DNA of 31,282 nucleotides from Candidatus Eiseniibacteriota bacterium. GTDB taxonomy: Bacteria > ARS69. Below, one piece after another: positions 1 through 8,518 of the stretch. The position numbers and the translations under genes are program-made. The notes below the pieces were generated by a model, which was given only the letters and a program-made list of their open reading frames with translations, made no database searches and was not told the origin of the DNA. The stretch is from NCBI GenBank assembly GCA_052390515.1, contig JBQTGV010000133.1, forward strand, positions 1 to 31,282, in the 5' to 3' direction. The stretch's first letter is position 1. Each line of letters starts with the position of its first letter.

Positions 1-51
1 CCGATACCGGAAGAGAATTCGACCGGCCGTGACGGCCCGGGGGCGAAGAGC

Positions 52-570
52 GTGACGCGCGAGGAGCGGAACGTCCTCGCGTTCGTCGCGCTCGGGATCG
101 TGCTCGGGTCCGTTCCGCGAACCGAACCGGAGAGCAGGTCGGAGCCCGGCGGAGCGGAACACGCGGACAGCGCGTCGGCAGCCGAGACGGCAGCCGAGAC
201 GGCAGCCGAGACGGCAGACGCCGTGGTCGAGGTCGATCTCTGGCCGATCGATCTCAACCGCGCCGGACCCGAGCTCCTGGAAGAGCTTCCGGGGATCGGG
301 CAGGCGAAGGCGCAGGCCATCCTCGCGCTGCGCGAGGAACGCGGCGGGTTCCGGTCGGTCGAAGAGCTGGCGGACGTCCGCGGCATCGGACCGAAGACGG
401 TCGAGAAGCTGCGGGATCTGGTGACGGTCGGGCCGCCGGGTGCAGCACCCGGCGACGAACGGGAGAGAGGAAGCCTTGTCGGATCGACTCGGGACGTTGC
501 TCTTGGAGAACCGCATCCTGACTTCGGAGCAGCTCGAGCAGGCTCGGAAGCAGCAGAAGTCGTCCGGTGA
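52..570 (+). CDS. comEA: ComEA-family helix-hairpin-helix DNA-binding/uptake protein
   Basis: N-terminal hydrophobic segment (VLAFVALGIVLG) and low-complexity linker. Then IDLNRA..ELLEELPGIGQAKAQAIL..REERGGFRSVEEL.DVRGIGPKTVEKLRDLVTV, the tandem HhH signature of ComEA. GTG start; the 3' end overlaps pilB. Confidence 0.85.
   Translation: MTREERNVLAFVALGIVLGSVPRTEPESRSEPGGAEHADSASAAETAAETAAETADAVVEVDLWPIDLNRAGPELLEELPGIGQAKAQAILALREERGGFRSVEELADVRGIGPKTVEKLRDLVTVGPPGAAPGDERERGSLVGSTRDVALGEPHPDFGAARAGSEAAEVVR
177..217 (+). repeat. 12-nt tandem repeat (GGCAGCCGAGAC x3 plus partial) encoding AAET repeats in the ComEA linker
   Basis: Copies at 177-188, 189-200 and 201-212, then GGCAG. Confidence 0.9.
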
Positions 571-2170
571 GACCCTGGACACGAGCCTGGTCAAGCTCGG
601 GCTCATGTCCGAGGGCGACCTGCTCACCGTGCTTTCCCGCATCTACGACATGCCGGCGGTCGACCTGTCCAACTTCGACGTGGACAAGGCTTCGGTGGAC
701 CTGCTCCCCAGCGACGTGGCCACGAAGTTCGGCGCAGTCCCCATCCGCAAGGTGGGCCGCACGCTGACGCTGGCCATGGCCGACCCGCTCAACCTCTACG
801 CCATCGACGACATCAAGTTCATCGTGGGCCTCGAGGTGCAGCCGGTGGTGGCGGCGGAGAGCGCCATCAAGAAGACGATCGACCGCTTCTACGGCTCGGC
901 CACCGCGCTGAACGACATCATGAAGGACATGGAGGACGGCGCCGGGATCGAGGTCGTCGACGACGCCGACCAGGACGACAGCGAAGCGCTCGACACCGGC
1001 GAGGACGCGCCGGTCATCAAGTACGTGAACTCGCTGCTGGCCGAAGCGGTGACGCGCCGGGCGTCGGACATCCACCTCGAGCCGTTCGAGAAGATGATCC
1101 GCGTGCGCCTTCGCCAGGATGGTGCGCTCTACGAGCTGTCCTCCCCACCGCTGCGCATGCGCGCGCCGATCACGTCCCGGCTCAAGCTGATGGCCGAGCT
1201 GGATATCGCCGAGAAGCGCGTGCCGCAGGACGGACGCATCAAGCTGCGTGTGCAGAACCGCATGGTGGACCTGCGCGTCTCCACGCTGCCCACCATCTAC
1301 GGCGAGAAGATCGTGCTGCGCGTGCTCGACCAGTCCAACCTGAACGTGAACCTGGAGAGCTTCGGATTCCAGCCGGAGTCCATGAAGCGCTTCCTGAAGG
1401 CCATCGAAAGTCCGTACGGCATGGTGCTGGTCACCGGGCCGACGGGGTCGGGTAAGACCACGACGCTCTACTCCGCGCTCTCCCGCATCAACAAGCCGGA
1501 CGTGAACATCATGACCGCCGAGGACCCGGTCGAGTACAACCTGGTAGGCATCAACCAGGTCAACGTGAACGAGGACATCGGGCTCTCCTTCGCCATCGCC
1601 CTGAAGGCGTTCCTGCGCCAGGACCCCAACATCGTCATGGTCGGCGAGGTACGCGACCTGGAGACCGGCGCCATCGCGGTGAAGGCCGCACTCACCGGTC
1701 ACCTCGTGCTGTCCACGCTGCACACCAACGACGCGCCCTCCAGCATCGACCGCATGATCGACATGGGTATCGCACCGTTTCTGGTGGCTTCCTCGGTGAA
1801 CTGCATCGTCGCGCAGCGGCTGCTCCGCCGCCTGTGCAAGAGCTGCCGCGAGCCGATGGAGCCCCACGAAGAGCTGCTGGCCGAGCTGCAGCTGCCGCGC
1901 GCGGCTCTGACCAAGGACACGGTGATCTACCGCAACAAGGGATGCCAGGACTGTCACGGCACCGGATACGCCGGGCGGACAGGCGTGTACGAGGTGTTCC
2001 AGCTCTCGGCGCGTGTCCGGAAGATGATATTGGACCGCGCGTCGACCGGCGAGCTGAAGGGCGTGGGGATGCAGGAGGGGATGCTGTCCCTCCGCCAGGA
2101 CGCCCTGCGCAAGATGCTGCTCGGAGAGACGAGCCCCGAAGAAGTGCTCAGGGAGACGGCGGCCGATTGA
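476..2170 (+). CDS. pilB: Type IV pilus assembly ATPase PilB
   Basis: N-terminal RLGxxLL (MshEN-like), ASDIHLEP, Walker A GPTGSGKTTT, AEDPVE, LRQDPNIVMVGEVRD, STLHTN, and Zn motif CKSC...CQDC. Start set at TTG 476, behind GAGAGG (465-470). Confidence 0.95.
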   Translation: MSDRLGTLLLENRILTSEQLEQARKQQKSSGETLDTSLVKLGLMSEGDLLTVLSRIYDMPAVDLSNFDVDKASVDLLPSDVATKFGAVPIRKVGRTLTLAMADPLNLYAIDDIKFIVGLEVQPVVAAESAIKKTIDRFYGSATALNDIMKDMEDGAGIEVVDDADQDDSEALDTGEDAPVIKYVNSLLAEAVTRRASDIHLEPFEKMIRVRLRQDGALYELSSPPLRMRAPITSRLKLMAELDIAEKRVPQDGRIKLRVQNRMVDLRVSTLPTIYGEKIVLRVLDQSNLNVNLESFGFQPESMKRFLKAIESPYGMVLVTGPTGSGKTTTLYSALSRINKPDVNIMTAEDPVEYNLVGINQVNVNEDIGLSFAIALKAFLRQDPNIVMVGEVRDLETGAIAVKAALTGHLVLSTLHTNDAPSSIDRMIDMGIAPFLVASSVNCIVAQRLLRRLCKSCREPMEPHEELLAELQLPRAALTKDTVIYRNKGCQDCHGTGYAGRTGVYEVFQLSARVRKMILDRASTGELKGVGMQEGMLSLRQDALRKMLLGETSPEEVLRETAAD

Positions 2171-2183
2171 GGCCCTAGGAGAA

Positions 2184-3266
2184 ATGACGATGGTCACGTT
2201 GCGTGCCCTGCTCGAGGAAATGGTCAAGGTCCGGGCTTCGGACCTGCACATCACCGCCGGCGTGGCGGCCAACCTGCGCGTGGACGGGGAGCTGACGCCG
2301 TCCAAGATCAGCGGGGTGCTCACGCCGGAGGTCACCCAGAGGCTCGCCTACTCGGCCCTGAACGACGAGCAGAAGAAGAAGTTCGAGAACAGCAACGAGC
2401 TGGACTTCTCCTTCGGCGTCAAGGGGCTCGCACGGTTCCGCGGCAACTGCTTCGTGCAGCGCGGCGTCGTGACCATGGTCATCCGCGTGATTCCCTTCGA
2501 GGTCGTGCCGTTCGAGTCCCTGGGACTGCCCAGCTCCGTGCAGGCGCTCGGCCAGCTGCCGCAGGGATTGGTGCTGCTGACCGGCCCGACCGGGTCCGGC
2601 AAGTCCACGACCCTCGCGTCGCTGATCGACCGGATCAACTCCGAGAAACCGGTGCATATCGTCACCATCGAGGATCCCATCGAGTTCATGCACAGCCACA
2701 AGCGGGCCATCGTGAACCAGCGCGAAGTGGGCTCCGACACCCACTCCTTCAAGGACGCGCTGAAGCACGTGCTGCGGCAGGACCCGGACGTGATCCTCCT
2801 GGGTGAGATGCGGGATCCGGAGACCATGGAGACGGCGCTGACCGTGTCCGAGACGGGACACCTGTGCTTCGCCACGCTGCACACCAACTCGGCCGTGGAG
2901 TCGATCACCCGCATCGTCGACTCGTTCTCCGCGGACCGCCACAACCAGATCTACTCGCAGCTGGCCTTCGTGCTGAAGGGCGTGGTGACGCAGGCGCTGC
3001 TGCCCAAGGTGGCGGGAACGGGTCGGGCCATGGCCGCGGAGGTGATGATCTGCACGCCGGCGATCTCCGCGTTGATCCGGGAGGGCAAGATCCACCAGAT
3101 CTACAGCCTTCTCCAGGCCGGCCAGAAGCACGGAATGCAGACCATGAACCAGGCGCTCGTCAATCTCGTGAACCGCCGCGAGATCTCCTACGACGTCGCG
3201 ATCAGCCGGAGCCCCGACGCTCGAGAGCTCGGGGGCATGCTCGGGCGGACCGCGGCGGTGGCATAG
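2184..3266 (+). CDS. pilT: Type IV pilus retraction ATPase PilT
   Basis: ASDLHIT, ELDFSF, GPTGSGKSTT, TIEDPIE, LRQDPDVILLGEMRD, ETGHL.FATLHTN, and an AIRNLIRE-like AISALIRE. SD AGGAG upstream. Confidence 0.93.
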   Translation: MTMVTLRALLEEMVKVRASDLHITAGVAANLRVDGELTPSKISGVLTPEVTQRLAYSALNDEQKKKFENSNELDFSFGVKGLARFRGNCFVQRGVVTMVIRVIPFEVVPFESLGLPSSVQALGQLPQGLVLLTGPTGSGKSTTLASLIDRINSEKPVHIVTIEDPIEFMHSHKRAIVNQREVGSDTHSFKDALKHVLRQDPDVILLGEMRDPETMETALTVSETGHLCFATLHTNSAVESITRIVDSFSADRHNQIYSQLAFVLKGVVTQALLPKVAGTGRAMAAEVMICTPAISALIREGKIHQIYSLLQAGQKHGMQTMNQALVNLVNRREISYDVAISRSPDARELGGMLGRTAAVA

Positions 3267-3281
3267 CCAGGGGGAGTCACC

Positions 3282-4490
3282 GTGATCACCTACCAGTGGA
3301 GAGGCAGGACCGTCGGCGGGGAGAACCTGAGCGGAGAGCTCACGGCGAAGAGCCGGACGGAGCTCCTGGCCGCGCTGCGCAAGAAGAAGATCATCGTCAC
3401 GTCGGTCCGGCAGAAGGCGAAGGAAGTCAACCTCAAGCTGCCCTTCGGCAACGGCATCGGCACGAAGGACCTGGCGGTATTCACGCGGCAGTTCGCCACG
3501 ATGATCAACGCGGGGCTCCCGCTCGTGCAGTGCCTGGACATTCTGTCCCGGCAGCTCGACAAGCAGCTCTTCCGCGACACCACCAAGAAGGTCATGAACG
3601 ACATCGAGGCCGGCTCGACGCTCACCGAGTCCCTGGCCAAGCATCCCAAGGTGTGGGACGAGCTCTACGTGAACATGGTCAACGCCGGCGAGACGGGCGG
3701 TATCCTGGACACCATCCTCCTGCGCCTCGCGGACTACATCGAGAAGATCGAAGCGCTCAAGCGCAAGATCAAAGGCGCCATGATGTACCCGGCGGTCGTG
3801 CTCTTCGTGGCCATCGGCGCGACCCTGTTCATGCTCATGTTCATCATCCCGACCTTCGCTCGGATGTTCGCCGACTTCGGCGCGGAGCTGCCGCTGCCGA
3901 CCCGCATCGTCCTGATGATGTCCAACGCGATCCGCGCCTGGTGGTGGGCGGGTCTGGCCGGCGTGATCGGCACGGTCATCGCGTTCCAGCGCTACTACAA
4001 GACGGACAAGGGCCGGCACGTCATCGACGGGTTGCTGCTGAAGGTGCCGGTGCTCGGCGACGTGCTGCGCAAGGGCTCGGTGTCGAGGTTCACCCGGACG
4101 CTGGGGACGCTGGTGTCCTCCGGCGTGCCCATCCTCGACGGCCTGGAGATCACGGCGAAGACAGCCGGCAACGTGATCGTGAAGGACGCGGTCATGATGG
4201 CGCGGGCCTCGATCCGGGAAGGCGACACGATCTCGAACCCGCTCCGGCAGTCGGGCGTGTTTCCGCCGATGGTGGTGCAGATGATCACCGTGGGCGAAGA
4301 GACCGGTGCCCTGGACGAGATGCTCACGAAGATCGCGGACTTCTACGACTCCGAAGTGGACACCGCCGTGGACGCCCTGACCTCGATCATCGAGCCCGTG
4401 ATGATCGTGGTGATGGGCGCGATCGTCGGTGCCATGGTCGTCGCCATGTACCTCCCGATCTTCCGCATGGTCAACGTCATCGCGGGCTGA
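3282..4490 (+). CDS. pilC: Type IV pilus inner-membrane platform protein PilC (GspF family)
   Basis: FTRQFATMINAGLPL, GETGGILD, AMMYP, ELPLPT, GEETGALD and IEP..IVV..YLPIF; two T2SSF repeats. Confidence 0.95.
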   Translation: MITYQWRGRTVGGENLSGELTAKSRTELLAALRKKKIIVTSVRQKAKEVNLKLPFGNGIGTKDLAVFTRQFATMINAGLPLVQCLDILSRQLDKQLFRDTTKKVMNDIEAGSTLTESLAKHPKVWDELYVNMVNAGETGGILDTILLRLADYIEKIEALKRKIKGAMMYPAVVLFVAIGATLFMLMFIIPTFARMFADFGAELPLPTRIVLMMSNAIRAWWWAGLAGVIGTVIAFQRYYKTDKGRHVIDGLLLKVPVLGDVLRKGSVSRFTRTLGTLVSSGVPILDGLEITAKTAGNVIVKDAVMMARASIREGDTISNPLRQSGVFPPMVVQMITVGEETGALDEMLTKIADFYDSEVDTAVDALTSIIEPVMIVVMGAIVGAMVVAMYLPIFRMVNVIAG

Positions 4491-4503
4491 GAGCGGAGCG
4501 GGA

Positions 4504-6210
4504 ATGCACGACCGCGGAGCCGCAGGAGAGCTCGCGTCCGAGGTACGCGCGCTCATCCTGGTGCGGCTGCTGGTGCTCTCGGTTCTCGGCGTGGCCATGC
4601 TCTGGGCGCACCACGCCGGGAGCCTGGAGGTGTCGCCGGGGCCGGTGCTCGGGCTGCTCGGTGGCGCCTGGGGACTGACGCTGCTGTACTGGATGGGGCT
4701 CCGCGTGGGTGTGTCCCTGGGGAGCCTCGTCGCCGTCCAGATCGCGCTCGACCTCGTCATCGAGACGATCCTGGTGACCGGCACGGGCGGGACCTCGAGC
4801 CCGATGGTGCTGCTCTACTTCCTGACGACCTTCACCGCCGGCGTCTTCCTGTTCCGGCGCGGGGCCCTGCTGACCGCGGCCTCCGCCGGAGCGGCCTTCG
4901 CCGGGGTGGCCTGGTTCGTCGGCGACGGCGGCGTGCGGCTCTCCGCGGCGCGCGCCGGCTACGAGATCGGCGTGCACGCCGGCGCGCTGCTCCTGCTCGC
5001 GCATCTCTCCGCGCTGCTGGCCGAGCGCTCCCAGAAGAGCCGGGAACGCCTGGAGTCCGCCGAAGAGGAGCTGGAGCGCGTCTCGGTCCGCACCGACCGG
5101 GTGCTGGAGAACATGCCCATCGGCGTGCTCACCGGCTCCAAGGACGGCCGGGTCGTCCGCGCGAACCGCGCCGCCCGGGAGATGCTCTCGCTCCCCGAAG
5201 GGCAGGAGCTTCCCGGCGAGGACCTCATCGCCCTGCTCGACGACCTCTCGCCGGCCCTGCCCGACGCGCTGGAGAGCATCTTGACCACCCGCAAGTGGGC
5301 CCACCGCGAGGAAGTGCTCCTTCGCCGCGGCAACGAACAGCGCTCCATCGGCGTGTCCGTCGTGCCGCTGGACGACGAGACCGAGAGCGTCATCGTGACG
5401 CTGACCGACGTCGGCGAGATCCGCCGCATGGAGCAGGAGATGCGCCGCTCCGAGCAGCTGGCCACGCTGGGCGAGCTGGCCGCGGGCGTGGCGCACGAGA
5501 TCCGTAATCCGCTCGCGTCCATCTCCGGCGCCGCCCAGGTGCTGCGCAGCGAGGTCAAGGGCACGGGCGAGGACGCCGAGCTGATGGACCTCATCGTGAG
5601 CGAGTCCGACCGGCTCAACCGGATCATCGACGGCGTGCTGGACTACACCCGGGACCACTCCGGATCGAAGAGCCCCCACGACCTCGCCGCCACCGCCCGT
5701 GAAGTGGTGCGCATGCTGCTGCACGACAAGCGGCTCACGCTCGGCAAGACCATCCTCGTCGAGTTCCCGCAGGCCCAGGACTTCCGAGCGGAGGTCGAGG
5801 AAGGCGGCATGAAGCAAGTCTTCTACAATCTCGCCAGGAACGCGCTCGAGGCGATGGGCGTGGGCGGCATCCTGCGCATCACCGGCGAGAGCGGGGGCGA
5901 TGGCGTGCTGCACGTCGTCTTCCGCGACACCGGCGTGGGCATCCCCGCGCACGAGCTGGAGCACATCTTCAAGCCGTTCCACACGTCGAAGCCGGGCGGC
6001 ACGGGCATGGGGCTGTCCATCGCCAGCCGGATCGTCGAGGGGAACGGCGGCAGCATCCGGGCGAAGAGTACGCCAGGTCTCGGCACGGCCTTCACGATCG
6101 AGCTGCCCGCCGCAGTTCGGCAGTCATTCGCCGCGCCTCCGCGGCCGAAAGAGGAGGAAGCCCCGAGCGGCAGGACCGAGGACCGGGCGGAAGCCCGAGC
6201 GAGGAGCTGA
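4504..6210 (+). CDS. pilS: Membrane sensor histidine kinase, PilS-like
   Basis: Multiple TM helices including TGG.SSP...LY, a PAS-like region, H-box AHEIRNPL, N-box NLARNA, DTGVGI, and PF.TSK.GGTGMGL. Lies between pilC and pilR. ATG 4504 chosen over 4429. Confidence 0.85.
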   Translation: MHDRGAAGELASEVRALILVRLLVLSVLGVAMLWAHHAGSLEVSPGPVLGLLGGAWGLTLLYWMGLRVGVSLGSLVAVQIALDLVIETILVTGTGGTSSPMVLLYFLTTFTAGVFLFRRGALLTAASAGAAFAGVAWFVGDGGVRLSAARAGYEIGVHAGALLLLAHLSALLAERSQKSRERLESAEEELERVSVRTDRVLENMPIGVLTGSKDGRVVRANRAAREMLSLPEGQELPGEDLIALLDDLSPALPDALESILTTRKWAHREEVLLRRGNEQRSIGVSVVPLDDETESVIVTLTDVGEIRRMEQEMRRSEQLATLGELAAGVAHEIRNPLASISGAAQVLRSEVKGTGEDAELMDLIVSESDRLNRIIDGVLDYTRDHSGSKSPHDLAATAREVVRMLLHDKRLTLGKTILVEFPQAQDFRAEVEEGGMKQVFYNLARNALEAMGVGGILRITGESGGDGVLHVVFRDTGVGIPAHELEHIFKPFHTSKPGGTGMGLSIASRIVEGNGGSIRAKSTPGLGTAFTIELPAAVRQSFAAPPRPKEEEAPSGRTEDRAEARARS

Positions 6211-7595
6211 TGGCCGAGGGACGCATCCTGATCGTCGACGATGAAGAGGGGCTTCGCCGCCTCCTCTCCATCCTGCTCTCCAAGGAGGGCTACGAGGTCG
6301 TCGCTGCGGCGAACGGCTCCGACGCCATCGCCCAGTTCGAGAAAAACGTCGTCGACCTCGTCATCACCGACATCAAGATGCCGGGCATGTCCGGCATCGA
6401 GCTGCTGCAGGCCATCCGCGCGCTCGATCCCGCGGTGCCGGTCATCGTGATGACGGCGTACGCGTCCCTGGACACGGCCATCGAGGCGGTGAACCAGGGC
6501 GCCTTCCACTACTTCGTGAAGCAGACGCGCAACGAGGAGATCAAGCTGGTCGTCAAGCGCGCGCTGGAGATGGCGCGGCTCAAGACCGAGAACCGCTACC
6601 TGCGCCACGAGATGAAGAAGACGCTCCAGCCGCGCAAGATCATCGGGCAGAGCGTGGCCATCCAGGAAGTCTTCGAGACCGTGCGCAAGGTGGCGAAGTC
6701 CGACTCGACCGTGCTGCTCTGCGGCGAGAGTGGAACCGGCAAGGAGCTCTTCGCCCGCGAGATCCACAGCGCCTCCAAGCGCGCCGGCGGCCCCTTCGTC
6801 TCCATCAACTGCGGCGCGCTGCCGGAGAGCCTGCTCGAGTCCGAGCTCTTCGGGCACGTGAAGGGCAGCTTCACCGGCGCCATCCGTGACAAGGAAGGCC
6901 TCTTCACCGTGGCGCGCGGCGGCACGTTCCTGCTGGACGAGGTGGGGGAGACCTCGCTCGCCATCCAGGTGAAGCTGCTGCGGGTGCTGCAGGAGCGGGA
7001 GATCATCCCGGTCGGCGGGCAGAAGCCGATCAAGGTGGAGGTGCGCGTCGTGGCGGCGACGAACAAGGACCTCGAGCACGAGGTCGAAATGGGTGCGTTC
7101 CGGCCGGACCTCTTCTACCGGCTGAACGTGATCCCCGTGACGTTGCCGCCGCTCCGCGACCGCCGCGAGGACATCCCCATGCTCGTGGATCACTTCCTGC
7201 GCCACTACTGCTCGCTGGCCGAGCGGCGCCTCATGCAGCTCGACGACGCAGCGATGAGGGCGCTCGTCGACTACGACTGGCCCGGCAACGTGCGGGAGCT
7301 GGAGAACGTGATCGAGAGGGGCGTGATCCTGCAGGAGGGGGAACGGCTCACGCCCGAGGCGCTTCCCGAGCGGGTGCTGAACGGCAGGTCGCGCGGGCAG
7401 GCCCCGCGCGCCCCCTCGGGGTCCGGATCCACCCTCGAAGAGCTGGAGAAGGCATACCTCATCGAGGTGCTGGAGACGACCGGCTGGCACAAGAAGAAGG
7501 CATCCGCCATCCTCGGCATCAACTCCTCCACGCTCTACCGCAAGATCCAGCGCTACGGCCTGGAGCCGTCGTCGTCGATCAAGAACGACGAATAG
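6210..7595 (+). CDS. pilR: Sigma54-dependent response regulator PilR (NtrC family)
   Basis: Receiver ILIVDDE...TDIKMP; AAA+ [38 protein letters not shown]; Fis-type HTH. TGATG coupling to pilS; directly upstream of pilA. Confidence 0.9.
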   Translation: MAEGRILIVDDEEGLRRLLSILLSKEGYEVVAAANGSDAIAQFEKNVVDLVITDIKMPGMSGIELLQAIRALDPAVPVIVMTAYASLDTAIEAVNQGAFHYFVKQTRNEEIKLVVKRALEMARLKTENRYLRHEMKKTLQPRKIIGQSVAIQEVFETVRKVAKSDSTVLLCGESGTGKELFAREIHSASKRAGGPFVSINCGALPESLLESELFGHVKGSFTGAIRDKEGLFTVARGGTFLLDEVGETSLAIQVKLLRVLQEREIIPVGGQKPIKVEVRVVAATNKDLEHEVEMGAFRPDLFYRLNVIPVTLPPLRDRREDIPMLVDHFLRHYCSLAERRLMQLDDAAMRALVDYDWPGNVRELENVIERGVILQEGERLTPEALPERVLNGRSRGQAPRAPSGSGSTLEELEKAYLIEVLETTGWHKKKASAILGINSSTLYRKIQRYGLEPSSSIKNDE

Positions 7596-7825
7596 TTGCA
7601 AGAGTCCGCGCCGGCCGCGGCGCACGCGCTCAATTCCCGCTCACGTAGGCCGGTCTCCGGTCCGATGCTCCCTGCGTGACGACTTCGGCCACCGTGCATT
7701 CTGCGGCGCTCCATTGCAGGAACCGGTGCGGACCCGGATGACGGCGGGAGGGGAAGGCCGGCCGGTTCCGGCCCAAGTCGTTGTCGAAGCACGGCTTGCG
7801 GGGTCCGGTCGAGGGAGGCTGCGTC

Positions 7826-7840
7826 TGGCACGCCTCCTGC
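7826..7840 (+). promoter_or_regulatory. Sigma54 (-24/-12) promoter of pilA
   Basis: TGGCACGCCTCCTGC has GG at 7827-28 and GC at 7839-40 with exact N10 spacing. It lies ~65 nt upstream of the pilA ATG and follows a sigma54 activator gene. Confidence 0.85.
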
Positions 7841-7903
7841 GTTTCGGCGCAAGTGCGTGACCCAGCAGCTCCCAAGGCAGCAGGACTTCCAGGAGGAACT
7901 CGA

Positions 7904-8386
7904 ATGCTTCGCGGAACCAAGGGCTTCACCCTGATCGAGCTCATGATCGTGGTCGTGATCATCGGCATCCTCGCGGCGATCGCCATCCCGAACTTCATGG
8001 GTATGACCAACCGGGCGAAGGTCGCCCAGGTCAAGTCGACGATGCACACCGTGCAGGTGACGGCGGAAGACTTCTCGACCCGGAACAACGGGCAGTATCC
8101 GGCGAACGCGGCAGCCGTCACCGCGGACGGCGGTCTCGTGTTCGCGAACTTGCTCCCGGGCGGCACCGCGGCGGCGGTCGGTACGATGCCGATCAACCCG
8201 TTCACGCAGGCGGCCACGACGCTCGACTGGAGCGCCGCTCTGGGCACGGCTCCGGCCACGGATGCGTCGGGTGGTGTGTCGATCAACGTCGTGCAGACGG
8301 TGGTCGGTGGCGCGTTCGACGCCTACGACATCCTCGGTGAGGACGATGCGGGTGCGGTGCTCTCGCTGGTGCTGACGAACCAGTAA
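7904..8386 (+). CDS. pilA: Type IVa major pilin
   Basis: Class III signal MLRGTKG|FTLIELMIVVVIIGILAAIAIPNF with Glu at +5; strong SD AGGAGG; own sigma54 promoter and downstream hairpin. 160 aa; the ORF-track start at 7781 is too long. Confidence 0.93.
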   Translation: MLRGTKGFTLIELMIVVVIIGILAAIAIPNFMGMTNRAKVAQVKSTMHTVQVTAEDFSTRNNGQYPANAAAVTADGGLVFANLLPGGTAAAVGTMPINPFTQAATTLDWSAALGTAPATDASGGVSINVVQTVVGGAFDAYDILGEDDAGAVLSLVLTNQ

Positions 8387-8410
8387 GCATTCCGGACCTG
8401 AGACCCGACG

Positions 8411-8446
8411 AGGCGGGGCGAGCGATCGCCCCGCCTTTCGGCTTTC
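8411..8446 (+). terminator. Intrinsic terminator / stabilising hairpin after pilA
   Basis: AGGCGGGGCGA-GCGA-TCGCCCCGCCT: 11-bp perfect stem, GNRA loop, interrupted U-tract (TTCGGCTTT). Confidence 0.75.
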
Positions 8447-8518
8447 CGGGGCCCCCTCAATTCGCTCCGGCGGGGCGCCGATGTCCCGAACAGCCACGGA
8501 ACGCGGAGGAACCACGCT

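Noticed and set aside
1-55. 3' end of an upstream gene
   Set aside because: Two frames end in TGA (30-32 and 53-55); the segment is too short to decide or identify.
7904-8386. Geobacter-type conductive e-pilin, suggested by the Xap-like neighbours
   Set aside because: The pilin is full length with only 9 F/Y/W in 153 mature residues (~6%) and long aromatic-free gaps. No cytochrome genes are in the window.
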